A stretch of 44,144 nucleotides of DNA from Candidatus Woesearchaeota archaeon (GCA_964507595.1 CAZDPO010000001.1:1-44144), one strand, 5' to 3'; positions 34,386-44,044 are shown, numbered from the stretch's first letter. Notes: a model not told the origin generated them from the sequence alone. Numbers and translations are program-made.

Positions 34386-34892
34386 ATGAGAAAAATTCTT
34401 TCACAAAAATTTATAAGAATAATCAAAAATAAAGAGAAATTAGAAAAAATTCTAGATATAAACATAACAAATAGAGGTAAAGAAATTAATATTGATGGAG
34501 ACCCTGAAAATGAATATATTGCAGAAAAAGTAATTGATGCAATTAATTTTGGATTTAAATTTGCAGAAGCAATTTCAATTAAAGAAGAAAGTTTTATTTT
34601 TGAAATAATAAATATAAAGGATCATACAACAAAAAAAGATCTAAATAGAATTAAATCAAGAATAATTGGAAAAGCTGGAAAAGCTCTAAACACATTAGAA
34701 ACTTTAACAAATTGTTATATTGAAGTTATTGACAACAATGTTGGAGTTATAGGAAATCCAGAAAATATTGATATTGCTACTCAAGCAATAATCTCAATAA
34801 TAAAAGGTGCAAAACATGGAAATGTTTATGCTTTTCTAGAAAGAAGGCAACCAAAACCAATTCATGATTTGGGCTTACGTGACAAAAAATAA
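34386..34892 (+). CDS. KH-domain RNA-binding protein (Dim2/Pno1-like)
   Basis: KH signature (RIIGKAGKALNTLETLTNCYIEV), and the position directly after aIF1A seen in many archaea. Confidence 0.7.
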   Translation: MRKILSQKFIRIIKNKEKLEKILDINITNRGKEINIDGDPENEYIAEKVIDAINFGFKFAEAISIKEESFIFEIINIKDHTTKKDLNRIKSRIIGKAGKALNTLETLTNCYIEVIDNNVGVIGNPENIDIATQAIISIIKGAKHGNVYAFLERRQPKPIHDLGLRDKK

Positions 34893-34957
34893 ATTTTTTA
34901 TAAATAATGTCCCACTAGCTAAGAAAGGTTCATAATTATTAATGTTCTAGTATAAAT

Positions 34958-35734
34958 ATGTATATTAAGATAAAAGATAACCAAGAGAAAATTATTAAAA
35001 AAGCTAGAATAAAAGCAGGAGGTTATAGGAAACTAGAAAAAATAACAAGAATACCTAAGGCTTCAATATACAATTATGAAAAATTGGAAGCAATGCCAGA
35101 AAATAGATTTAAAATAATAATTAATTTTTTAAAAATAAAAATAAAGAAAGAAAATTTAGAATTCTTTGAAAATAATTGGAGACAAAAAAAAGGAGGAATA
35201 AATTGTGTAAAATCAAAAAAGAAAAAAGGAGTTTTCGAAAGAGATTTAAAAAAAGCTCAAAAGAAAGGAATACAAAAGATAAAAGAATGGCACAAAAAGA
35301 TGAAAAAAGAAAAACCTAAAGAATACTATTTAATTCAATATGGAAAATTTAAAAAAATTTGCGGTTACAAATATAAAACAAAAAAAGGAGAAAAAGTAAG
35401 AAATAAATTTGAAGAAGAAGTTGCAAACAAATTATACAAAATGAAACTATCTTATGAATATGAACCCCTAGTTAAAATTGGTAAAAAATGGTTTTTTCCA
35501 GATTTTTTAATAGATAATAAAATAATTATAGAGGCTACAGCCTGGGAAGGTAAAGAAAAAGCCTATCTTTTAAGAAAAAAGATGAAACATTTAAACAAGA
35601 AGTATAAGGTATTTGTAATTATCCCAAAACATTTATATAGTAAATATAAGATTTTAAAGAATAGCTTAATAGTGGGGATAGATAATTTAGACCTCGTAGC
35701 TCAGTGGTTAGAGCGGACGGCTGTTAGGATTTAA
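34958..35734 (+). CDS. HTH-containing protein with a C-terminal PD-(D/E)xK-like (DUF559/Vsr-like) nuclease motif; its 3' end overlaps tRNA-Asn
   Basis: N-terminal HTH-like RKLEKITRIPKASIYNYEK. C-terminal EEEVANKLYKMKLSYEYEPLV...FFPDFLIDNKIIIEATAWEG. The last 15 codons are the tRNA 5' exon and the stop lies in the tRNA intron. Confidence 0.5.
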   Translation: MYIKIKDNQEKIIKKARIKAGGYRKLEKITRIPKASIYNYEKLEAMPENRFKIIINFLKIKIKKENLEFFENNWRQKKGGINCVKSKKKKGVFERDLKKAQKKGIQKIKEWHKKMKKEKPKEYYLIQYGKFKKICGYKYKTKKGEKVRNKFEEEVANKLYKMKLSYEYEPLVKIGKKWFFPDFLIDNKIIIEATAWEGKEKAYLLRKKMKHLNKKYKVFVIIPKHLYSKYKILKNSLIVGIDNLDLVAQWLERTAVRI

Positions 35735-35783
35735 TCAAATCACAGTGACCGTCAGGTCGTAGGTTCAAGTCCTACCGGGGTCG
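35690..35783 (+). tRNA. tRNA-Asn (anticodon GUU) with a 21-nt intron (35727..35747) in a canonical bulge-helix-bulge motif
   Basis: Acceptor GACCTCG/CGGGGTC, D arm GCTC/GAGC, anticodon stem GACGG/CCGTC, loop CTGTTA|intron|A, T arm GTAGG-TTCAAGT-CCTAC. BHB layout: CTGT[TAG]GATTT-AATC-AAATC ACAG[TGA]. Confidence 0.9.
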
Positions 35784-35857
35784 TTTTCTCAATTAGATTT
35801 TTTAAAGTATACATTCAAAAACAATTAAATTTAAATTCAATAAGAATATGAAGATTT

Positions 35858-36172
35858 ATGAACTACCTTGAAAAAGCAGTAGAAGCTTCTAAAGCACAAA
35901 CATCTGACTCTCTTTTAGATGTAAATTATATATTAAAAAAGAATAAAGAAATAATATTAAAAGATATTAGACTGAAAGATATTTTAGCTCTTTACTCAAA
36001 TGTTGGTTTATCAGGAATAAATTCTCAGGAAGATGGAAAAAATTATAATGAAATAATGAAATTTATAGAAGAAATAATAAAAACCTCAGAGAACAAAGAA
36101 GTGCGAATATTAAACTCTTTTTTAAAGGCATATTGGGAAAGACATGAACCAAGGTCAAATGGACCAGCATAA
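35858..36172 (+). CDS. hypothetical protein (104 aa)
   Basis: ORF only. Confidence 0.3.
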   Translation: MNYLEKAVEASKAQTSDSLLDVNYILKKNKEIILKDIRLKDILALYSNVGLSGINSQEDGKNYNEIMKFIEEIIKTSENKEVRILNSFLKAYWERHEPRSNGPA

Positions 36173-36220
36173 ATAAGAAAATTCCACTAATCTTATAAAT
36201 ACTATTTTCTTCATATATTT

Positions 36221-36817
36221 ATGAATGTGGATAAGTTAATTCAATCAAGAAGAAGCATAAGAAAATATAAAACAAAAGCCCCAAGTTGGAAAAAAATACT
36301 TGAAGCAATAGATGCTGCAAAATATGCTCCAATGGCAGGAGATATCTTTTCTTTAAAATTTATGTTAGTTTATGATCCTGAAAAAATTAAAAAAATTGCA
36401 AAATGGTCTGAACAAGAATTTATATCTCAAACAAGCTTTGTTGTTCTCTTCTTAACTGATTCTAGTAGAACAACAAATGCATATGGAAAAAAAGGAGAAA
36501 AATATTGTAACCAGCAAGCAGGTGCTGCAATGCAAAATTTTGTGTTAAAATTAACAGAAGAAAAATTATCAACCTGCTGGATTGGACATTTTAATGAAAA
36601 AATGATTAAACAAACATTAAGAATCCCAGAAGACATCAGCATTGAAGCAATGTTTCCAATAGGGTATGCAGATGAAAAACCAAAAGAAAAAATTGAAAGA
36701 GAATTAGATAATTTCATATATTTTAATCAATGGGGAAACAATAGAATGAAACCTATTGAAAAATTAGAGGGAAGAATGCCTGAAGGATATGGATTAAATA
36801 TTGCCAAAGATATATAA
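36221..36817 (+). CDS. nitroreductase-family protein
   Basis: RRSIRKYKTKAP...ILEAIDAAKYAPMAG, and the length is typical of FMN nitroreductases. Confidence 0.75.
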   Translation: MNVDKLIQSRRSIRKYKTKAPSWKKILEAIDAAKYAPMAGDIFSLKFMLVYDPEKIKKIAKWSEQEFISQTSFVVLFLTDSSRTTNAYGKKGEKYCNQQAGAAMQNFVLKLTEEKLSTCWIGHFNEKMIKQTLRIPEDISIEAMFPIGYADEKPKEKIERELDNFIYFNQWGNNRMKPIEKLEGRMPEGYGLNIAKDI

Positions 36818-36820
36818 AAA

Positions 36821-37192
36821 ATGGAAAGAATAAAACATTTTGGACACTATCCTGGAGAAGATTCAAAAATCCATCTAAAATATAAAAAAGAAAATAATCA
36901 AATAATAGACAAAAGTGAACTACAAAAATTAGAAAAATTGACTTTAAATATTAAACATATAGAACCTCTTGGAAAAAATCCTAATTTTATAGAGATACAC
37001 AAGACCTCTAATCAAAGTCTCAATACAAAAGCAGAAAATGAAACAAATAAACAAAAAGCAGATTATTATGTTGTTTCAGTTTATGATATTTTAATAAATT
37101 CTGGAACAAAAACTTGGTTTGGAAAAAGAAGATGGAATGGAACACTAACAACACGCGCACATATTTATTTCTATAACAAAAAACCAAATTAA
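36821..37192 (+). CDS. hypothetical protein (123 aa)
   Basis: ORF 3 nt after the nitroreductase stop. Confidence 0.3.
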   Translation: MERIKHFGHYPGEDSKIHLKYKKENNQIIDKSELQKLEKLTLNIKHIEPLGKNPNFIEIHKTSNQSLNTKAENETNKQKADYYVVSVYDILINSGTKTWFGKRRWNGTLTTRAHIYFYNKKPN

Positions 37193-37218
37193 TTCTAAAA
37201 CCTATTCTAAAAATAAAA

Positions 37219-37240
37219 GCCCCCGAGTTTCCTCGGAGGA
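37219..37240 (-). terminator. GC-rich hairpin followed by a T-run on the minus strand, downstream of ftsZ
   Basis: Minus strand reads CCTCCGAG-GAAA-CTCGGGGG, then CTTTTATTTTT. It lies between convergent genes. Confidence 0.5.
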
Positions 37241-37272
37241 AAATAAAAAAACAAAGTGGTTTAAACAATTAT

Positions 37273-38352
37273 TTAACCAATAATGTCAATTCCCCATTCA
37301 GACATATCTCTTGAAGTATGAGTAAAACTCTCTTCAATACCTTTGCCCAATACATAAGGAGATTTAACACCTGTCATGATAGTAATCACACGAACCTTTC
37401 CAACAAAATCTTTTGAAATTCTAGCACCAATAATCACATTTGAATCTGGGCTTAAATTCTCAGAAACTGTCCTACCAATTGTATCAAATTCTTCTAATTT
37501 CAAATCAGGTCCACAAGTAATATGTATTAAAGCACCACTAGCTCCTTTATAATCCACATCAAGTAGAGGATGAGTAAGGGCTTGTTTAACTGCTTCTGTT
37601 ACACGATCTTGAGCATCTGATTCTCCAATACCAATAACAGCTACACCACCATTCTTCATAATTGCAGATACATCAGCATAGTCTAAGTTAATCAAACTAG
37701 GTAAAGTAATTGTCTCAACAATACCTTTAACCATAGTAGAAACAAGTTCATTTGCCACAGCAAAAGCTTGTTCTAAAGGCAACTGACCAGCAATATCTAC
37801 AAGTCTATTATTATCTAAAACAATACAAGTGTCTGTAACTTCTCTTAGTTCACTTAAACCAAATTCTGCTTTGTCAATTCTTGCCCTTTCAGATTCAAAA
37901 GGCATTGTTACAACTGCTATTACAACAGCTCCTGTTTCTTTAGCTATTTGTGCCACAACTGGAGCAGCCCCAGTACCTGTTCCACCACCTAATCCTGCTA
38001 AAACAAAAACCATATCCGCACCACCAACAGCTTTCTTCAAATCAACTAAAGATTCTTTTGCAGCTTCTCTACCTTTCATAGGTCTTCCACCAGCACCAAG
38101 CCCTCTAGTTAACTCTTTACCAATTAAAATCTTTTCATCAGCTTTTGTAACACTCAAATGTAAAGCATCTGTGTTTGCACCATAAACAGTAGCACCATTA
38201 ATACCTTTATTAAAAAGCCATGTAGTCATATTACATCCACATCCACCAAGACCAATTACCTTAATGTTAGCTTTACCAGCTCTTAATTCATCAAAGTTAA
38301 TACTATGTGTTTCTGCATTTTGTATTGCTTCTTTTGCAAAATCTAAAGCCAT
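37273..38352 (-). CDS. ftsZ: cell division protein FtsZ
   Basis: IKVIGLGGCGCNM, the tubulin signature GLGGGTGTGAAPVVA, and T7-loop NLDYADV. Confidence 0.95.
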   Translation of the reverse strand: MALDFAKEAIQNAETHSINFDELRAGKANIKVIGLGGCGCNMTTWLFNKGINGATVYGANTDALHLSVTKADEKILIGKELTRGLGAGGRPMKGREAAKESLVDLKKAVGGADMVFVLAGLGGGTGTGAAPVVAQIAKETGAVVIAVVTMPFESERARIDKAEFGLSELREVTDTCIVLDNNRLVDIAGQLPLEQAFAVANELVSTMVKGIVETITLPSLINLDYADVSAIMKNGGVAVIGIGESDAQDRVTEAVKQALTHPLLDVDYKGASGALIHITCGPDLKLEEFDTIGRTVSENLSPDSNVIIGARISKDFVGKVRVITIMTGVKSPYVLGKGIEESFTHTSRDMSEWGIDIIG

Positions 38353-38385
38353 ATCTATTTTTAACCTCCTTTCCCATTATATAAA

Positions 38386-38402
38386 ATTCTCCGACGGAGA
38401 AT
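38386..38402. promoter_or_regulatory. inverted repeat ATTCTCC-GAC-GGAGAAT next to a TATA-like box upstream of ftsZ
   Basis: Minus strand reads ATTCTCCGTCGGAGAAT-TTTATATAA-...GGAGGT...ATG. Read directly. Confidence 0.45.
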
Positions 38403-38479
38403 TTCCCTATGTCAAATATAATGCTTTTCTATTTATATAGATTTAGATTATAAAATATAAAAATAAAGAATTTTAGAAA

Positions 38480-39760
38480 TTAATTTTGACCAGACGCACA
38501 TTCCCCAATAAGAGAAACATTTCCATAATCACATTCTACAGAATAAATAACATATTCTGGATCTTCCATTTGAATTATAAACTCACATCCTGAATCTCCA
38601 AAAGGATTTTCATTATATTCTTCAAGCATCTTAACTAATCCTTCTTGATTGTATGTGCATAAATTCCAAAGACCAACCATTGTTTGAGCAGATTCATTTA
38701 ATTCCAGTTTAGCTTGTTCTATTAATTCCAAGGTATATTCTTCATTCTCTAAAAGATATTGAAGATAATTTGAAGTATATTCTTGAGAATATGATAAGAC
38801 CTCTTCATAAAAAGCGCATGTTCCAGGTTCATCTGGGCCTCTTATCTCCATAAAACTAAACATTTCTGTAGATGCATTTATTCCAGAAGAAAACAAAATA
38901 GGATCAAGTTCAACAACAAAATCTCCAAGGTATTTTGAATTCATACATGTTCTTGCAGCTTCAATAAAACAAGAATTAATATATGTATCATTAGACATTC
39001 CACAATCAAATATGCTCACTGGAGGTTCATAATAATATGTTTGTGTTGAAGAATTATAACAAATATCTTGAGTAATTGGTTTATTGAATTTAATCTCACA
39101 TGAATTTGCATCTGCACAAGCTCTTTTCTTAAATCCATTAATACAAATTCCCCAATCAGTGCAAACCCAATTCTCTTTACAACTTAAAGAACCAGAACCT
39201 TGAATTGAAACCTTAGCTAATTTATCTTTTATTGAAAAAAGTTTTATCCTTAAATCATTACCAGATTTATTATCTAAATCATATGATTTTTGCTCTCCAA
39301 TTTTAATACATTTCTCATTAATTGCTCCTGTAAAACAAATAGAATCTTTTTCTAGAGAAAACACCAAAAGAACATAATCTTTTCCATCTAAAGGAAATTT
39401 AATCTCAGAAGCTTCAGATAAATTTATAACTATTCCTTCAACAATTTTAAATTCATCAACTTTTATAATGGATTTTGCAGGTTTAGAAACATTTGATAAA
39501 ATAAATAAAAAAGCAAGAATTACAATGATTACAAATACAATACTTAAAAATATTTTTACATTATAACTCAATTTTTTTGTATTTTTAATTTCTAGTTTAT
39601 TCTGGTTTTTTACAAAAGGCTCAGATTTAACTAAACTAACTGCTTCTCCTATATCTTTTAAAGATACTCCTTGATCAATTAAACTCTTTTCAATTTCAGA
39701 CAGAGAAATTCCTTTCTTTAAACTATCTCGAACATATCCTATTATTGCATTGCTCACCAT
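38480..39760 (-). CDS. membrane-anchored, cysteine-rich extracytoplasmic protein (426 aa)
   Basis: Short cytoplasmic N-terminus, a single TM (IFLSIVFVIIVILAFLFIL), then a large Cys-rich region (about 20 Cys). Confidence 0.5.
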   Translation of the reverse strand: MVSNAIIGYVRDSLKKGISLSEIEKSLIDQGVSLKDIGEAVSLVKSEPFVKNQNKLEIKNTKKLSYNVKIFLSIVFVIIVILAFLFILSNVSKPAKSIIKVDEFKIVEGIVINLSEASEIKFPLDGKDYVLLVFSLEKDSICFTGAINEKCIKIGEQKSYDLDNKSGNDLRIKLFSIKDKLAKVSIQGSGSLSCKENWVCTDWGICINGFKKRACADANSCEIKFNKPITQDICYNSSTQTYYYEPPVSIFDCGMSNDTYINSCFIEAARTCMNSKYLGDFVVELDPILFSSGINASTEMFSFMEIRGPDEPGTCAFYEEVLSYSQEYTSNYLQYLLENEEYTLELIEQAKLELNESAQTMVGLWNLCTYNQEGLVKMLEEYNENPFGDSGCEFIIQMEDPEYVIYSVECDYGNVSLIGECASGQN

Positions 39761-39801
39761 TTTTTATAAACCCTTTAAATAAATCAAATATAAAAACATT
39801 G

Positions 39802-40368
39802 CTAAATCAATTTTTTCAAATTTTCAATTTGTTTCCAGCTTTTCTTTAAATTATCATTAGATTTCTTAATAATCTCTTTTAAAAATAAATCATCCACTAA
39901 AAGCTTTCCTTTTTTAGCAATTGGAAAACTTATATTTCCTGTTCCAAACATTTCTGCAATAAAACGTTTATCACTAGAAATAATTCCTGATTTTTTCCAA
40001 CCAACTTTTCTTGCATTATTTACTAAAATTTGGGCATCTTTAAGTGTACGGCAAGCAACATGCAATCCACAAGGTTCTTGTTTAAAATTAATATGTTCTA
40101 CTTTTGAATTCTCTGCAATTTCTTGTAAATCTTTCTTAAATTGCTCAAAACTAACAACATCATGATATATTTTCAAGAACAAACTATGGGTTTTCTTATC
40201 AGAATCAATTATCAAAACAATCCTACCAGAACACGACGAAGTTGAATAATAATTTTTAGTTTTATTTAGTTTTTCACAAAGACCAACTATCTTTTTATCC
40301 CAACTCCCAATATAGGATTTATCTTTCTTACCAAGAATGTCTTGTTTACGTTTACCAAAGATTTCCAT
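39802..40368 (-). CDS. taw3: tRNA wyosine-derivative methyltransferase Taw3 (TYW3 family)
   Basis: F(G/D)KRKQDIL... and the signature NYYSTSSCSGRIVLI. Confidence 0.8.
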   Translation of the reverse strand: MEIFGKRKQDILGKKDKSYIGSWDKKIVGLCEKLNKTKNYYSTSSCSGRIVLIIDSDKKTHSLFLKIYHDVVSFEQFKKDLQEIAENSKVEHINFKQEPCGLHVACRTLKDAQILVNNARKVGWKKSGIISSDKRFIAEMFGTGNISFPIAKKGKLLVDDLFLKEIIKKSNDNLKKSWKQIENLKKLI

Positions 40369-40470
40369 AAAAATATAGAATTTTCCTAACTTAAAATCTT
40401 TTCTAATTTACCAAAAGAGATAATGCTCTATCTGGACGTTGAAATAATCCAAAGTGTAAACATAACAAGT

Positions 40471-41184
40471 TTATTTTATGCTCTTCCATATAAGATTAAT
40501 ACTTTCCTTGTATGTTTTTGCAACATTTACATCTATTATTCTTATGAACAACAATTCCTTTGACCAAATCGCAATAACAACTCGATCGTTATAAGTCCAG
40601 TAATTCACACAACCAGGAGAGTTCTTTGGTATTTTTTTATATTCGTAATTTGGCCCTTTTATTGGTTTAATGTCTTGAGAGTATAAAATTTTCGTTTTAA
40701 TCTTTTTCTTTTTCTTTTCATCCAAATATTTTTCCAAATGGAAACCATGTATCTGATCTAAAACCTCTTTCATATCAACCCCATTAAATACCAAAATTTC
40801 TTTTGCTTTTAACATATCATTCATTATTATTTTCAATCCTTGACTTCCTTGAAAAACTTCTATTGTGGGGGGGCTGTCTTTTGAATTGTAAAGAGTATTT
40901 AATTTTGGCAAAATATTCAATAAATTAGTTTCATTGTCTTTCAAAATGTAAAGCAAATTTTCTGGTTTAGATGCTTTAAAATATTTTTTACTTTTTTTAA
41001 TTATGGAACTAACCAACCCCCTCACTTGGAGTTTTTTAATTATATCATAAATATTTGGTCGGGATATTTTTGAATAATCTGAAATATTGTAAATTGTTGA
41101 TTCTCCGATTTGTAAAAGAATAAGGTATATCTCTGATTCGTTCCTACTCAAACCAATCTTTTCCAATACTTCTCTATTTACCAT
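40471..41184 (-). CDS. TrmB-family transcriptional regulator
   Basis: LEKIGLSRNESEIYLILLQIGESTIYNISDYSKISRPNIYDIIKKLQVRGLVSSI. Paralog of 20324..21034 and the same length class. Confidence 0.75.
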   Translation of the reverse strand: MVNREVLEKIGLSRNESEIYLILLQIGESTIYNISDYSKISRPNIYDIIKKLQVRGLVSSIIKKSKKYFKASKPENLLYILKDNETNLLNILPKLNTLYNSKDSPPTIEVFQGSQGLKIIMNDMLKAKEILVFNGVDMKEVLDQIHGFHLEKYLDEKKKKKIKTKILYSQDIKPIKGPNYEYKKIPKNSPGCVNYWTYNDRVVIAIWSKELLFIRIIDVNVAKTYKESINLIWKSIK

Positions 41185-41289
41185 CTTCTCTTCTTAATCC
41201 TATCTCTTTTTATAATTTTCGTATAAATATATACAAACCAAATTTAAATAAATAAACCTTATTCTAACTAAAAGATAAAAAAGAATAAA

Positions 41290-42024
41290 ATGATAATTCA
41301 TAATGTCTATCTCAAAGATCTAAAGATTAAATTAACAAATATTGAGAGAACCCAATATAAAAAATTAAAAAAGAATAAACTTATTAGTTTGTTAAACTGG
41401 GATGCAAAAAATCTCTCTCCTGGATTCGGAGCCAACCATAAACTAGAATATTTTCTATTGGATTATTCATTTTTTCAGAATTTAGAAAAAATTAAAAAAA
41501 TTTCTCCTAAAGAAATACTTGAAAATATAAATTTAGTTATAATAGAAAAAGAACAAAGAACAATAAGTCACATAAAAGAAAAAGAGAGAACTATAACAAT
41601 AGATAAAACTCCCTCCCATAATCTATTAAATCTTAACCCTATTTTTGCCCCCTTTTATGGTCTTGGCTCAATTATGGCTGGAATGGATTCAAGCAATTAT
41701 ACAGAGAGAACAATAACAGAAACAAAATTTATTTATAAAAAAGAAAAACCGAGATTTTCAATAATAAAAGGCAAAAGTGATGAAGTTTTAAAAGAAATAA
41801 TGGATTATTTAATTGCAGATATCTGTAAATTACTTCCAAGCTTAGAAGGGAATCCCTACAAAAAAGGAAGAATTTTTTGGAAAGGGTTAGGAAAATTCAG
41901 AGGGAGATCTAATGGAGATACAGATTATTCTTCACGATTAGACAAAATAAGAGAAGAAAATAAATTAGAAAAAGGTTTGATAAAATACCTCAATTATGAA
42001 ATTAAGAAAATAGCTAAGAAATAA
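41290..42024 (+). CDS. hypothetical protein (244 aa)
   Basis: ORF with no motif recognised. Confidence 0.4.
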   Translation: MIIHNVYLKDLKIKLTNIERTQYKKLKKNKLISLLNWDAKNLSPGFGANHKLEYFLLDYSFFQNLEKIKKISPKEILENINLVIIEKEQRTISHIKEKERTITIDKTPSHNLLNLNPIFAPFYGLGSIMAGMDSSNYTERTITETKFIYKKEKPRFSIIKGKSDEVLKEIMDYLIADICKLLPSLEGNPYKKGRIFWKGLGKFRGRSNGDTDYSSRLDKIREENKLEKGLIKYLNYEIKKIAKK

Positions 42025-42043
42025 TCCCCAGCTGGGCGTCGAG

Positions 42044-42724
42044 TTAAGATCTCAAGATCCACTCCTTCTCCAAAATCTCACACTTAATTCCTTTTTCTTT
42101 ACAAAGTTCTTGAAATTCTTCAGCATCTTCTCTATCTCCAACAACACTTCCCCAATGCATTGGAATGGCCAATGTAGGTTTAATTAATTTAACAGCCTCT
42201 GCAGCTTCTTCTGCAGTCATAGTATATCTTCCTCCAACAGGAAGTAAGGCAATAAAATTCTTTGCTTGAGAATTATATCCTGTTAATTTCTGCATTTCAG
42301 GTATAAAATCTGTATCTCCTGCATGATATATTAAAGTACCATTTATTTTAATTAAATATCCTACAAAACCATAATCTTTTGGATGAAAAGATTTATCTAT
42401 ATTATAAGCAGGAAAAACATCTATTTTCAAAGTTCCAAAATCAACTTCTTGACCTGGTTCAACTATTTGCATTCTTACTGGAACAGAAAAACGAGCAATT
42501 TTACTTTGACAACCAGCAGGAAGAATTACTTTTGTTCCTTCCTGAATAATTTTATTTAAATCTTGAAAACTACAATGATCATAATGGTCATGTGTTAAAA
42601 GAATATAATCTGCTTTAGGCAATCCATCTTTAATTTGATATGGATCTATATAAATAATCACAGAATTTTCAATTAAAAATCCAGCGTGCCCAAGCCATTT
42701 AATATCAATATCCCCTATCTTCAT
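42044..42724 (-). CDS. metallo-beta-lactamase-fold hydrolase (UPF0173-like)
   Basis: IKWLGHAGFLIE...IYIDPY, LTHDHYDHC, YHAGDT, and IPMHWG. Confidence 0.8.
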   Translation of the reverse strand: MKIGDIDIKWLGHAGFLIENSVIIYIDPYQIKDGLPKADYILLTHDHYDHCSFQDLNKIIQEGTKVILPAGCQSKIARFSVPVRMQIVEPGQEVDFGTLKIDVFPAYNIDKSFHPKDYGFVGYLIKINGTLIYHAGDTDFIPEMQKLTGYNSQAKNFIALLPVGGRYTMTAEEAAEAVKLIKPTLAIPMHWGSVVGDREDAEEFQELCKEKGIKCEILEKEWILRS

Positions 42725-42780
42725 ATGATAGCTAAAACAAAGGGCAATTTAAAAAGTTTTATGTGGAAAGATTAATGTTT

Positions 42781-43962
42781 TTAACTATTAAATTTTAATT
42801 TTAATTTTAACTTATAAATGTAAAGTAAAATAAACCCTACTAAGATTATTAAACCAAATATAATAAACGAAAAACTAAATCCTTTAATTTTATCTAAATG
42901 CCCAATAAAAGGAAATAAAATAAAGATTCCAAGATTACCAAACATGTTTGCTATAGATAATGTAGTTGCCCTATGTGAAGATTTTACATGCTTATTCATA
43001 TAATTTCCAACCACAACCCCATTAAAACCTGCAACAAAAGGAATTATTAAATAACACAAATACCCAAAATAAGGAATCATAAAAGATATCAAAAAAAGTC
43101 CAAGAATAATCAAAATCTGAATAATAAAAATAGATTTCCCCTCACCCAACTTATTTTCCCATTTATCTGCTTTCTTAGCTGTGAATGCAGTTAATAAAGA
43201 TGCTATAAAAGCCAAAGCTCCAATTAATGAAATTGGAATTAAAATCCTTTCAAAATACACAGACGACATAGAAAGAGTTATAGAAATTGCTACAGATGTA
43301 AATAAAGACATGATGGCAAGATATTTTACAAAATTTAATTTCTTAAAATACACAAAACCCTCCTTAATTTGCTTCCAATGGTTCTTAAAACTAGCCTTCA
43401 TTTTAGACCTATAAGGTTCCTCTAAGAAAAACGTCAAAAGAAATCCCAGAACAATAAAAGGTAAAGACACAATTGCTGGAAGTTTTGGAGAAATTGAAAA
43501 TAAATATGCTCCAATTATAAATACAATTGCCATAGAAATATTTGTAACGACCCCAATATTTCCTGAAATTTTCTTATATTGATTTTCTCTTTTTTGTTTC
43601 TTTAGAGTATCATATGTAATTGCTTGTGAAGTTCCAGAACTTAAACTAACCCCAACTCCACTTATCACCTTGGCAATTAAAAATATCCAAAATCCATTAA
43701 AAAAAGCAATTAAAATAATCTCAATAACATACATCAATCTGGCTAATAAAAGTGTTTTCTTTCTTCCTAATAAATCTGCAAGGGCCCCTGTAGGAATCTC
43801 TAATAAAAGTATTGATAGAGAAAAAACACTCATAATTATTGCAAATTTATCTAAAGATACTTGTGAAGCAATATAAAATAGAGCTAACACTGGAATAAAA
43901 AATCTTCCCCACATTAAACCCGATATAACATATATTAAAGGAATATTTCTCTTTAACTTCAT
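42781..43962 (-). CDS. MFS-type transporter
   Basis: About 12 hydrophobic segments and an MFS loop motif (GALADLLGRKKTL). The track start at 43983 is TTG. The ATG is at 43962 (MKLKRNIP). Confidence 0.65.
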   Translation of the reverse strand: MKLKRNIPLIYVISGLMWGRFFIPVLALFYIASQVSLDKFAIIMSVFSLSILLLEIPTGALADLLGRKKTLLLARLMYVIEIILIAFFNGFWIFLIAKVISGVGVSLSSGTSQAITYDTLKKQKRENQYKKISGNIGVVTNISMAIVFIIGAYLFSISPKLPAIVSLPFIVLGFLLTFFLEEPYRSKMKASFKNHWKQIKEGFVYFKKLNFVKYLAIMSLFTSVAISITLSMSSVYFERILIPISLIGALAFIASLLTAFTAKKADKWENKLGEGKSIFIIQILIILGLFLISFMIPYFGYLCYLIIPFVAGFNGVVVGNYMNKHVKSSHRATTLSIANMFGNLGIFILFPFIGHLDKIKGFSFSFIIFGLIILVGFILLYIYKLKLKLKFNS

Positions 43963-44044
43963 CCCCTTCCAAACCAACCTCAATTTAAAAAACTAATCAA
44001 AAACCAACCAAAATAAAAAAAATAAAAAAATTCAAAAAACCTGT

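Noticed and set aside
37829-38185. 118-aa ORF antisense to ftsZ
   Set aside because: It lies opposite the most conserved part of FtsZ (GGGTGTG region). Its Ala/Pro/Ser-rich translation is the mirror of that Gly/Ala-rich coding sequence.
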